A stretch of 64,000 nucleotides of DNA from Squalus acanthias (lineage: Eukaryota). Of the stretch, positions 22,743 to 33,740 are shown one piece after another. Location: the NCBI GenBank assembly GCA_030390025.1, contig CM059431.1, positions 139,192,001 through 139,256,000 on the forward strand, in the 5' to 3' direction. Below the pieces are notes generated by a model. That model was not told the DNA's origin, searched no databases, and was given only the letters and a program-made list of their open reading frames with translations. Every line of letters begins with the position of its first letter. Position 1 is the first letter of the stretch. Position numbers and translations under genes: made by a program.

Positions 22743-25700
22743 CTGACAACAACCTTGCAGGGAGGTTTGCTCGTGCTGTTGGGGGCGGGGGGGGGGGGGG
22801 TAAACTAACTTGGCAGGGGGATGGGATACGGAGTGGCACTATAGTAGGTGGTGATGCACAGCCAAATATAGAGGAAAAAACAAATCAGTCTGGAAGGCAG
22901 ACCAAATATGTAACGGCACAAGGGAGTATGGCAAGGCTGGATAGCATTTATTTTAATGCAAGGAGTCATGGGAGTAAGGCAGAATGCGTTCATGAAAACC
23001 TGGATGTATGCTATTGTTGCTATCACAGAGACATGGTTGAGGGAGGAGCAGGACTGGCAGATTAATATTCCGGGGTATAGAATCTTCAGGCGAGACAGAG
23101 AGGTTTGTAAAAGAGGAGGGAGTGTCGCAATTTTGAACAAGGAGGCAATTACGGTAGTAACGAGGGATGATATCTTAGCAGATTCCTCTAATGAGGCCAT
23201 ATGGGAAGAACTTACAACCAAAAAGGGGCAAGCACTTTTCTGGGAGTGAACTATAGGTCCCCAAGCAGTCAGGGGGCGACAGAGGATCAGATATGTAGGC
23301 AAATCTCAGAGAAGTGTAGAAATAATCCGGTAACAATAGTAGGGGATATCACCTTCCCCAATATTAACTGGGTTAGTCAGAGTTTGAAAGGCTTAGAGGG
23401 TGCAAAATTATTAAAGTGCAGCCAGGAGAGATTTTTGAGCCAGCATGTAGAAAGTCCTACAAGACATGGGGCGGTACGGGATCTAATTCTAGGGAATGTA
23501 GCCAGGCAAGTGGCAGAAGTGTCAGTAGGAGAGTTTTGGTGACAGTGAGCATAATTCGGTGAGATATAAGGTAGTCATGGAAAAGGACAAAGATGTACCG
23601 GAAATAAATGTTCTAATTGGGGGAAGGCCGATTTTAATATGCTAAGGCAGGATCTGGCCAAAGTGGACAGGGGCCAGCTACTTGTAGGAAAATCCAAATC
23701 AGAGCAGTGGGAGGCATTCAGAAAGGAAATAGAGAGAGTACAGCGCCAACATGTTCCCGAAAAGGTCAAGAGTGGGATCAACAAATCCAGGGAACCCTGG
23801 TTGTCAAGGGATATACAACAATGGATTAGGAAAAAAAGGGAGGCTTTTGGCAGATACAAAGGACTAAAAACAGTGGAAGCCCTGGAGGAGTATAGAAAGT
23901 GCAGGGGGTACATAAGAAAGAAATTAGGAGAGCGAAGAGGGGGCATGAAAAACCACTGTCGGGCAAAATAAAGGAAAATCCCAAGGTGTTTTATAAGTAT
24001 ATTAAGGGCAAGAGGATATCCAGGGAAAGAGTAGGGCCCATTAGGGCCCAAAGTGGCAATCAGTGTGTAGAGCCGGAAGATGTAGGTGAGGTTTTAAATG
24101 AATTTTTTGCATCTATGTTCAACATGGAGAAGGATGATGTAGGCTTAGAAATCAGGCAGAGGTATTGTGATATATTGGAAGAAATTAGCATTGAGAGGGA
24201 GGAGGTACTCGCGGTTTTAGCGGATTTAAAAGTGGATAAATCCCCAGGCCCAGACGAGATGTATCCCAGGCTGCTGTGTGAGGCAAGCGATGAGATTACA
24301 GGAGCTCGAACACAAATTTTCAGAACCTCTCTGGCCACAGGGGAGGTGCAATTGGACTGGAGGGCATCTAACGTAGTACCATTATTCAAGAAGGGTAGTA
24401 GGGATAAACCAGGGAATTACAGGCCAGTGAGCCTAACATCAGTGGCAGGAAAATTAATGGAAAAAATTCTGAGGGACAGAATTAGTCTCCACTTGGAGAG
24501 GCAAGGATTAATCAAGGATAGTCAGCATGGCTTTGTCAGGGGGAGATCATGTCTGACCAATTTGATTGAATTTTTCGAGGAGCTGACTAGGTGTGTGATG
24601 AGGGTAGTGCAGTTGATGTAGTCTACATGGACTTCAGTAAGGCTTTTGAAAAAGTCCCGCATGAGAGACTGGTCAAGAAGGTAAGAGCACATGGGTTCCA
24701 GGGCAATTTGGCTCATTGGATCCAATATTGGCTTAGTGGCAGGAGGCAGAGGGTGATGGTTGAAGGTTGTTTTTGTGACTGGAAGCCTGTGTCCAGTGTA
24801 ATACAGCAGGGATCTGTGCTGGGTCCCTTGCTGTTTGTAGTGTACATTAATGATTTAGATATGAATGTAGGAGGTATGATCAGTAAGTTCGCAGATGACA
24901 CGAAAATTGATGGAGTGGTAAATAACGAGGAGGGAAGCCTCAGGCTACAGGACGATATAGGCGAGATTTTCAGATGGGCAGAGCAGTGGCAGATGAAGTT
25001 TAACCCTGAAAAGTGTGAGCTGATGCATTTTAGGATGACTAACAAGGCAAGGGAATGCACAATGAATGGTAGGACTCTAGGAAGGACAGAGGATCAGAGC
25101 GACCTTGGTGTGCATGTACATAGATCCCTGAAGGCAGCAGGACAGGTAGATAAGGTGGTCAGAAAGGCACATGGGATATTGCCTTCATTAGCCGAGGCAT
25201 AGAATATAAGAGCAGGGAGGTTATGATGAAGCTGTACAAAACAGTAGTTAGGCCACAGCTGGAATACTGTGTGCAGTTCTGGTCGCCACACTATAGAAGG
25301 ATGTGATTGCTTTGGAGAAGGAGCAGAGGAGATTCACCAGGCTGTTACCTGGGCTGGAGCGTTTCAGCTGTGAAGAGAGACTGGACAGGCTGGAGTTGTT
25401 TTCCCTAGAGCAGTGAAGGCTGAGGGGGGACCTGATTGAGGTGTACAAAATTATGAGGGGAATAGATATCGTAGATAGAAAGGAACTTTTCCACTTAGTA
25501 GAAGGGTCAACAACCAGGGGGCATAGTTTCAAGATAAGGGGCAGGAGGTTTAGAGGGGATTTGAGGAAAATCGTTTTCACCCAGCGTGTTGTTAGAATCT
25601 GGAACTCACTGCCTGAAAGTGTGGTAGAGGGAGGAACCGTCACAACACCCAAGAAGCATTTAGATGAGCACTTGAAACGCCATAGCATACATGGCTACGG

Positions 25701-25792
25701 ACCAAGTGCTGGAAAATGAGATTAGAATAGATAGAGCTTGAAGGCCGGCGCAGACACGATGGGACAAAGGGCTGTGTGCTGTATAACTCTAT
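22743..25792 (+). mobile_element. CR1 LINE (end of ORF1, decayed ORF2, 3' UTR); tail completed at 30330-30340
   Basis: LAGRFARAVG ORF1 end, IYFNARS/ITETW APE, YMDFSKAF, QGSVLGP, FADD; several frameshifts; ACTCTATG tail split by the Harbinger. Confidence 0.93.
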
Positions 25793-25964
25793 GGGGTAAA
25801 AATTCACTTGGTTGCGCCTCCCGTTAGCGCCTTAAGAGGGCGCTAATGGGGCGTTAAGCCGCTAACGCCCGGGCGCAGCGCTGTTTGCGCCGCTCGAGAA
25901 CTTAACTTGAGATTGTGCGGCGGCGCTAAAACTTACCGCTGCGACCACTTGCGCGCGCAGATTG

Positions 25965-26109
25965 TGACGTCATTCCATGGTGCAACGCCCTTATGGCGCC
26001 CCGGAGTGGAAATTGAGTGGCGCCCCCTGCCTTACCGCCTGGCGCTTCCAACGACCGGAAGACTGGAACGTTATCAATCGGTGTGGGGCTGGGGGGGGCG
26101 CTATTTAAA
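25965..26109 (+). promoter_or_regulatory. Candidate transposase promoter (CRE + TATA-like)
   Basis: TGACGTCA at 25965-25972 and TATTTAAA at 26102-26109, both retained in the non-autonomous copy (about 2554 and 2701). Confidence 0.5.
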
Positions 26110-26303
26110 GGGGGCCTCTTCTGTCTTTTTCTGTGGTCGACATTTATGCACCACTCGTTCTGAGAGAGAGAGAGAGATTCGGAGAGAGAGAGAGAGAGAC
26201 TTCTACATTGACTCAACGCTTTGTGAGGTAGTTTTGCCTAGTTCATCCTAACTTTGTTGCTACTTTAGTTGCTGTACCTCATTACTTTTCTGGCAAAGAG
26301 AAT

Positions 26304-27464
26304 ATGGGGGCTGCAATGATTGGGGGCGTCGTCCTGCTCCAGCTGAATCGGAGGATACCGAGACGCAGACAGAGAGTGGAAATGATGGCCAGACGGAGGA
26401 GGGCCATCAGGCGCATGTACAGGAGAGCTTACCCTCCCAGGGTATATCGTGAACAGCTCTCCTACATCCATATGTCCGAGGAGCTGTGTTTGCGAAGGCT
26501 GCGATTCAGCAAGGAGGTGGTCACTGAGCTCTGCCACCTGCTGCAGCCAGATCTGCAGCCTCAGCTGAGGTCCAGGACGTCTCTGTCGGTGGCAGTGAAG
26601 GTCACAGTGGCTTTGAACTTCTACGCCACTGGCTCATTCCAAGCTGCTGTTGGGGACCTCGCCAATATCTCCCAGTTTGCGGTGCATCGCTGCATCCGGC
26701 AGGTCACCAATGCCCTCTTCAGAAGGAGACGAGACTTCATCTCTTTCCCTATGACCCCAGACAAGCAGCGTGACCGTGCTCTGGGCTTTGCGAGGGTAGC
26801 GGGCTTCCCCATGGTGCAGGGCGCCATTGACTGCACGCATGTGGCTTTGCGTGCTCTGCGAGAGAATGCAGATGAATTCAGGAACAGAAAGGGGTTCCAT
26901 TCCTTGAATGTGCAGTTGGTCTGTGACCACAGACAGGTGATACTCGCTGTCAATGCCCACTATCCGGGCAGCTGCCACGATGCTTTCATCCTGCGCCAGA
27001 CTACTGTGGCAGAAGTTTTCGAGGCACCGCATCAGCCAGTTGGTTGGCTTCTGGGGGACAAGGGGTACGCATTGAGCACCTGGCTGATGACACCGCTCCG
27101 TACGCCAAACACCCCTGCTGAGCTGCGGTACAATGAAAGCCATCAAGCAACCAGGAACATTATTGAGCGCACAATCGGCGTGCTGAAACAACGGTTCCGC
27201 TGTCTGGACCATTCCGGAGGAGCCCTGCAGTACTCGCCTGAGCAAGTTTCGAACTTCGTAGTCGTGTGCTGCATGTTGCACAACATGGCAATCCTCAGGA
27301 CCCAGCCAATGCCACCAGGCCTTGTAGCACCACCAGAGGAGGAGGAGGAAGAGGAGGAAGAGGACGACGACGATGATCATCAGCAGCACCAAGGCAGGAG
27401 GGCGGCCCACAATGGTCAAACTACAAGGGCCGTCCGTCAACGACTAATAGCAAGCCGCTTCTAG
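26304..27464 (+). CDS. Harbinger DDE transposase (HARBI1-like, DDE_Tnp_4), 386 aa, intact
   Basis: GAIDCTH, NRKGFHSLNVQLVCD, PGSCHDA, LLGDKGY, RNIIERTIGVLKQRFRCL, CCMLHN; N-terminal HTH region; acidic tail. Confidence 0.96.
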   Translation: MGAAMIGGVVLLQLNRRIPRRRQRVEMMARRRRAIRRMYRRAYPPRVYREQLSYIHMSEELCLRRLRFSKEVVTELCHLLQPDLQPQLRSRTSLSVAVKVTVALNFYATGSFQAAVGDLANISQFAVHRCIRQVTNALFRRRRDFISFPMTPDKQRDRALGFARVAGFPMVQGAIDCTHVALRALRENADEFRNRKGFHSLNVQLVCDHRQVILAVNAHYPGSCHDAFILRQTTVAEVFEAPHQPVGWLLGDKGYALSTWLMTPLRTPNTPAELRYNESHQATRNIIERTIGVLKQRFRCLDHSGGALQYSPEQVSNFVVVCCMLHNMAILRTQPMPPGLVAPPEEEEEEEEEDDDDDHQQHQGRRAAHNGQTTRAVRQRLIASRF

Positions 27465-27758
27465 GGCCCCTGCCATTGCTACAAACACTAATCAACCCAG
27501 CACGCAACCCCTAAGCCGGCCAAGGCACCAATAATTCCAACCACCAGCCATGTATATTTTGAATACAGAAACTTATTTATTTTACAAACTCTGTGTGTGT
27601 CAATTCCTCATGACAAACTCATAGAAATAAACACAAAAAAACAGTCAATAACATAACTGGTTCTCACAACCTGGAGATAATGTCCAAAACACAAAACAAA
27701 AGTTGGACCATGAACCTCGGCCTTTAATAAAAAAATGACCAGCATTTTGTCACACCTC

Positions 27759-29637
27759 CTACTTTTTGCCCTTCGAGGGTGATCTCCTTCCCTTGCGCAC
27801 TTCCCCCCTTCTAACCCTACTGCTCCTCCGTAATGGGACCTCAGTGGCTGCAGCAAGGCTGGTGGAAGGCTGCTGCTCGTCAGACCCTGACACTGCAGAT
27901 GCCCTTGAAGGACGGACTCGACCACTTCTGGGCCTGGAGGGCCCGGCTGCAGACTGCACCAACTCTGCATGGGCGGCAGCAGTCTGTCCTACAGGCGGTG
28001 GCAAGTGCAGTGGAGAAGTGACAGTGTTGGCAGCAGGAATGCTGTCATCGTGAGAGAGGACAGCAACTCCCTGCTCGCCCGACACACTGGCACTCCCACG
28101 GGGCAGCACTTCAGCATCCGGAGCAATCTGCCGGAGAACAGATTGCTGGCCTGCTGCGGCGCGGTGACAGCCCCGGGGACATGTGCACGAACCATCGAGG
28201 TTGGCAGCAGTCTGTGCTCGCGTGGCCTCCATCTGAGTCTGTATGAGAGCAGTCAGAGGTGGGATCACGGCAGCCAGTGACTGAATTGCAGCACTAAGCG
28301 TTAGTGTGGCATCCGCCTGTGCTACAGCGAAGTGCTCCACACTCCTTGCCAGTGACTCAATGCATTCGGGCACCCTTCCCACTGCACCCATGAGCTCAGT
28401 GTGCATGCCCACCGCCTGGGTGTTCATTTCTGCAATCAGCCGCTCCTCCTCTGCGTCCATTGCAGTAGGAGTGTCTGGCATACTCTCCCTCTGGGGAGAA
28501 GGCCCCCGTTCTTCCCTACCCGCCCCCCATGGCGTTGCTGCAGCCCGCTGGGTCCTGGAGCTTCACCATCATCAGCCCCTTCCCCCCTGCTCCCCTCCGG
28601 GGAAGGCGTGTTCCCAGTGTGGGCATGGGCTTCCTCGGGAGAGGGTGGCACTGATGCTCTGGCTTCCTCTTCCTCCTCAGCTGCAGCATCACTCCCAGTG
28701 GCAGCTTCAGGGCCCGTCTCCTCAGCTGGTGAATCACCATCTGAAAGCAGAGAGGTACAAGAGTGGCTTTAGCGTGAGGACAGGGTGGCAGTAAGGGAGG
28801 AATAAGTGCAGCGAGTTAGCAAGTTGGATTGAAAGTGTCAAAGGCTGGTATTGTGAGGGACAAGTGGAAGGACAGAGGACAAAAAGGTGATGACCTTACC
28901 ATTGCTGTCCAGAACGGGGTCGGCGTCTCCAGTGGCGACGGGACCGATCACCCGGCTTGCCACAATCCTGTGGACGCGCTCCTCCAGATCGCTGAGGGGT
29001 TGCAGCTGAAGCCGCCCTCCACCCGTCCGTTGCTGCTGTCTCCGATTATGAGCCAGCTTAGCCTGCAAGAAAAAGGACAGCATCTGAGTAAATATACAGC
29101 CATGGTCTTGCCTGATGTGCCTCCCATAGGTGAATAGCCCTTACAATATACAGCCATGGTCTTGCCTGATGTGCCTCCCATAGTTGAATAGCCCTTACAA
29201 TATACAGCTACGGTCTTGCCTGATGTGCCTCCCATAGGTGAATAGCCCTTACTGTATGCAAAGTGTAGAATGTGTGTGTGTGTTTGATGAAAGGGCCATA
29301 GGTGTTGGATGAGTGTTGTGCATTGGGGTTTTAAGACCCTCTGGCCATAGAGTGAGGTTGAGATGGAGGGATGGAGAGGTATTGAGAAAAAGCCACTCAC
29401 CCTGACGACCCGAGTGAGGTCGTTGAACTTTTTGCGGCATTGAACATGGGTCCTGGGCACCATGCTACTGGAGGAGACGCTCTGAGCCACCTCCCTCCAC
29501 ACTCTTCTGAACTCGCGTGGCAAAGGCCTCCTGCCACTCTCCGGGAACAGCATGCATCGTCTGCGCTCCACTCCGTCAACCAGAGCATCCAAGGCCCGCT
29601 TGGTGAAGCGATGAGCGTGTTCTCTCACCCTCTCCAT
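27759..29637 (-). CDS. Harbinger Myb/SANT-like DNA-binding partner, three exons (29637-29401, 29062-28900, 28740-27759) with an apparent frameshift in exon 3
   Basis: Exon 1 MERVREHAHRFT...W..VA..V...PRTHVQCRKKFNDL (trihelix), GTGAGT donor; exon 2 AKLAHNRRQQQRTGGG, GTAAG donor; exon 3 after CTTTCAG; phases 0 and 1 match; basic C-terminus PLRRSSR. Confidence 0.85.
29091..29252. repeat. 3 x 54-bp tandem repeat in intron 1 of the Myb/SANT gene
   Basis: AATATACAGCCATGGTCTTGCCTGATGTGCCTCCCATAGGTGAATAGCCCTTAC at 29091, 29145, 29199. Confidence 0.93.
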
Positions 29638-29842
29638 GCTTGGCAGCAAAATGGATTACAGGTCTCTCCAGGCTGAGATTCAAGGCTGCAATGAGCAGGG
29701 TGTGGCTGGGGAGCAAGTGCCCCCCCCCCCCACTTTAAGAAGTGTCCGGCGCCAGTGTGTCTGTGTTCCCTCGCTAACTGGCAGCAGCTGCGCTGCGCTC
29801 GTGTGCTGAGTTAGCGCCTCACTCCTTGGCCTTTGCGCCTTA

Positions 29843-30160
29843 CATAGATACATAGATACATAGAAGATAGGAGCAGGAGTAGGCCATCCGGCCCTTCGAG
29901 CCTGCTCCGCCATTTAATGAGATCATGGCTGATCCTTCAATTCAGTATCCCGTCCCCGCCTTCTCTCCGTAACCCTTAACCCCTTTTGCCTGTAGAAATA
30001 TATCTAATTCCCTCTTAAATATATTTAATGAGCTGGCGTACACTGCCCTCTGTGGCAATGAGTTCCACAGGTTCACCACTCTCTGAGTGAAGAAATTCCC
30101 CCTCATTTCTGTCCTAAATGGTTTAGCCCTTATCCTTAAATTATGTCCTCTAGTTCTGTT
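29843..30160 (-). mobile_element. 318-bp 5'-truncated CR1 copy inserted in the Harbinger
   Basis: Identical by eye to 15408-15725; TSD CCTTA at 29838-29842 and 30170-30174; absent from the corresponding site in the non-autonomous element (~3125). Confidence 0.95.
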
Positions 30161-30470
30161 AAGACAGAACCTTAAGACAGGTGTGCCGCGCCTGCTTTAG
30201 TGCTCCACTCACCTCCCGGGGCGGTAAAAGTGAAGTTTCCTGTCAGTGCCGATAATTAGCGCCAGGCGCTAATATTTGCGTCCAGACGATATTTGCGCCC
30301 CAAATGGGGCGCGACCTAATTTTTACCCCTATGACTCTATCCGCAGGCGTAAGGCTTGCTTTTACAAGGATAAGAGTTGAAAAAAGTTTTTAAAAGATGT
30401 TTCACTGATTTATCATTTAAAAATACTTTAAAGAAAGTTAAGTTTATTTTTAGACACATAAAAAAAATTT

Positions 30471-31210
30471 GGGCCAGAAATTCGGCTCTTGTCGGGTGAG
30501 TATGCTCTTTGTACTTACCCGTAAGTCCACCTGAAGTGCCGGTTTCACGCATGCACTGCGCATGCGCGAGAAACCGGAACTTCCGTTCCCCTGAAGGAAG
30601 GAGTTCAGAGGTGGAACGCGTGCACGGGAGAGGCTGCGCGCACACAGCAAACTTCGTTTTTTTTTTCAAGTTTCTCCGGGAGGGTAAGTATGGAGAAGCT
30701 GCACTTTTAAAAAGGAGGTGCAAGGCCTGTTTTTAACAAGGTAAGTGGCTAATTAATTACAATTTAAACTTTTTTTCAACAGGTTTATCTTTTTTAGATA
30801 CTGAAAGAAAGTTAAGTTTATTTTTAGCACCGTTAAAAAGTGTAATTCATTTTTTCAAAATTAAAAAATGTTGTTTAAAGTAGTTAATTTATGTAACTTA
30901 TAGTTATTTTAAAAATGTGATTTTAAAAAAAATGTATTTGAATTTTAAGTATGATTTTGGGGCCGATCTCTATTCATTATTTGACAGGTTTTCCTGCCAA
31001 GTGTATGAAGGGAGTTTCCCTTAGTTGATTGGCTCCCCATGGCCCACATGATCCCACGCTGCGAACTGCCTGTGAACTCTGGGATATGTGGGACAAGCGC
31101 ACTTGGAGTTTGGTGAGGCCCAGGATCGGAAGTGTGTGCGTCCCGGGAGCCCTCATGTAAGGGGGTAGATTGTTTCCAGATTGCAGGCCTCCACATGCGG
31201 GTGGCCTGCG
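30471..31210 (+). mobile_element. Non-autonomous DNA transposon (~0.7 kb), copy 1
   Basis: Starts GGGCCAGAAATT; colinear with 31600-32317 (GC-rich hairpins, AT-rich middle); right end uncertain. Confidence 0.7.
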
Positions 31211-31417
31211 ATCGGAAAATACGGACCAGTATTCCGTTCATCTGGAGTATCACTGTGGGGACCTGAACTCTGCCCGTATCCTTTAATATCCTCCAATTAT
31301 TATTTTTACGGTTGTTTATTACTGAGCTCTGCCCCCACCCCATTTATTAGTTTAATGTGCATTTTTGCCAAGCTATTTATCTTTTCCACTGGGATCTTGG
31401 TTTCAGCCCGAATCAGG

Positions 31418-31597
31418 TACAGCCTGTAACAACAGTACAGCTATCTCTTGGGCCAGTACTGGTGGCAGTGTCCCATGAAATGGAGCCACTCCCTCTCACA
31501 CCACTCATCCAGCCACGTGTTCACCTTTCTGTTGTGTTTGTCTCTATGGCAATTAGCACCTGGCTCCGGTAATAAGCCTGAGATTAGCACCCTTGAA
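31418..31597 (-). mobile_element. CR1 ORF1 (esterase) fragment
   Basis: SRVLISGLLPEPGAN...VNTWLDEWCERE matches the ORF1 segment VVISGLLPVPRAS...LNTWLEQWCKRE. Confidence 0.8.
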
Positions 31598-31599
31598 GA

Positions 31600-32317
31600 C
31601 AAATTCGGGTCTCCACGGGTGAATACGCGCTGTGTACTCACCCGTAGACCCAACGAAAGTCCCGGTTTTGCGCATGCACTGCGCATGCGCTGGAAACAGG
31701 AACTTCCGTTCCCTTGAAGGAAGGGGTTCCGCGGTCAAACGCGGGCGCCGGAGAGGCAGCGTGCACGCATCGGACTTCCGTTTTTTTTCACGTTTCTGTG
31801 TGTGGGTAAGTCCCCAGCAGCTGCGTGGGGAAAAAGCAGGCGGATGGCTTGCTTTTAACAAGGTAAGTGGTGAATTAACAAAAATTAAAACATTTTTTCC
31901 ACAAGTTTATTATTTTTCAATACTTTAAAGACAGGTAAGTTTATTTTTAGCACCGTTAAAAACTGTAATTATATTTTTCAAAAATTTAATTTATTGTTTA
32001 ATAGTTATTTTGTGTAATTTACAGTTATTTTAAAAATGTGATTTAAAAAAATGTTTTTGAAGTTTTACTGAGGTTTTGGGGCTGATCTCTATTCCTAGAT
32101 TTGACAGGTCTTCCTGTCAAATCTATGAATGGAGATTCCCTGCTCCGATTGGATCTCCATTGCCCACGTAATCCCAGGGACGCTTCGAACTAACTGCGCC
32201 CCTGGGATACGCGAGCACTGCACACCGGTAGCTGGAGGAGGCCCAGGATTGGAATCCCACGCGGGTCCAGGTTTGGGGCTTGCACCCGCGGGAAGCCTCC
32301 GACCCGAATTTCAGGCC
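31600..32317 (+). mobile_element. Non-autonomous DNA transposon (~0.7 kb), copy 2
   Basis: AAATTCGGGTC ... GACCCGAATTTCAGGCC terminal inverted match; colinear with 30471-31210. Confidence 0.72.
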
Positions 32318-33519
32318 AATTGTTTCTAATTTAGCTCCTCACTCCACTTATTCACTCAGTAAGAACACCTTCCTCTTTTGTCCTTTGTCACTGGTCCCGA
32401 CATGAACCACGACAAACCTCGCTTTCCAAATTTATTTGCAGCTGCATCGAACTATCCCTTATCGTGGCATCAGCTGATGGGTAAACGGGGGCAATGAATC
32501 CGGAAATTTTCGATAAACCTCCCTCTGTGTGTGAGGCCCCGCTCGAGGAGGAAACTTCCGTAAACTCTGCAAAAACTGTCGCGCAAGTTACACCTGATAT
32601 AGCTGTAGACACAGTTTAAGGGGAAATAACGTGAGTTTTGCCCTATGCTATAAAGTAGGAGTGCGGGAACAATTAAAACTTGTAACGGGACAAAATAAAG
32701 TCTCATTGTTTCATAACATCCCGTGGGACCGATTTTACAGCAGCAGGTAGCGCCGCCTACAATTCCCTTTTGTAATTTACTGTTACATCTGCCCACACCA
32801 CCCTTTCAGGTATTGTATTCCCGAAAACAACAACTCGGTGTGCGAAATTGTTTCCTGATGTCGCCTTTGGTTCTTCTGTCAATTACTTTGAAATTCGCAA
32901 AACTATTTGAACAGGGCGGTTCAATATGATTGGAACTATTTGCTCGTGTGGAGGATACAGAAAGCCATTGACTGGTTGGGCGGAATGGATTGTTTCCGGG
33001 TTGGAACATCGTTGTATTTCTGTGTACATTGAGGTCTCACGGTTTAACATTAGTTTTAGGATCCTGGGAAAATGATTGGGGATCTCAGGGTGTTAGAGCA
33101 CTGGGGCCAGACCTGGGATCAGGGAGCACTGGAAATGTGGCTTAAAGGTTTGTGAAGAGAGAGAGCGGCTCTGGAGTTAGGTAATTGGGACAAATATGAA
33201 ACGTGGCTGTCTGGGATCCAGAAATTCGAACAACTCAGAATGTGTCTTTGAATGATTTATTCAACTATTCTGTGGTTAAAAAATATGAATGTAAACCCAG
33301 GTTTTTGAGACATGCTGAGGCCTTGAAGTTAAATCTTCATGCAAGGCACTAACATAAATATTAAAAACAATGCAATCATCAGATTTAAAGATGTTGATGT
33401 CAAAATGAATTTGTTGTTTTTAATTAGAACCTCATTTTGAAGATCAGACATTTCAGTTACTGCAAAAAATGACAGACATTATTTTCAAGAAGTTGTTTCA
33501 TTAATTTGATACCTTCATC

Positions 33520-33740
33520 AATAAACCTGTTTCTGTGCCGGCTCTGTGAAAGAGCCTCCGTTTCGTCCCGCTCCCCTGCTCCTTCCCCATGGCCCTGAAC
33601 AATTTCTCCTTCAAGTATTTATCCAATTCCCTGTAGAAAGTTACGATTGAAACTGCTTCCACCACCCTTTCAAAGCAGTGCATTCCAGATCATAACAACT
33701 CGCTGCGAGAGACATTCAACTCATCTTCCCTCTGATTCAA
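33520..33740 (-). mobile_element. Short CR1 3' fragment
   Basis: ERVVEAVSIVTFYRELDKYLKEK ORF2 C-terminus. Confidence 0.75.

Larger units (their letters stand above)
25793..30329 (+). mobile_element. Full-length PIF/Harbinger DNA transposon (4537 bp)
   Basis: Perfect 12-bp TIRs GGGGTAAAAATT / AATTTTTACCCC, 3-bp TSD TAT, convergent transposase and Myb/SANT genes. Confidence 0.96.

Noticed and set aside
26304..27464. Domesticated host gene HARBI1
   Set aside because: Lies inside TIRs and a TSD with a Myb partner, so it is a transposon ORF.
28491..28519. 29-nt GT-AG intron restoring the Myb frame
   Set aside because: Far below the usual vertebrate minimum intron size; an indel is more parsimonious.
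26621..28794. Many overlapping antisense ORFs in the Harbinger
   Set aside because: Shadow frames of GC-rich coding sequence with no independent motifs.
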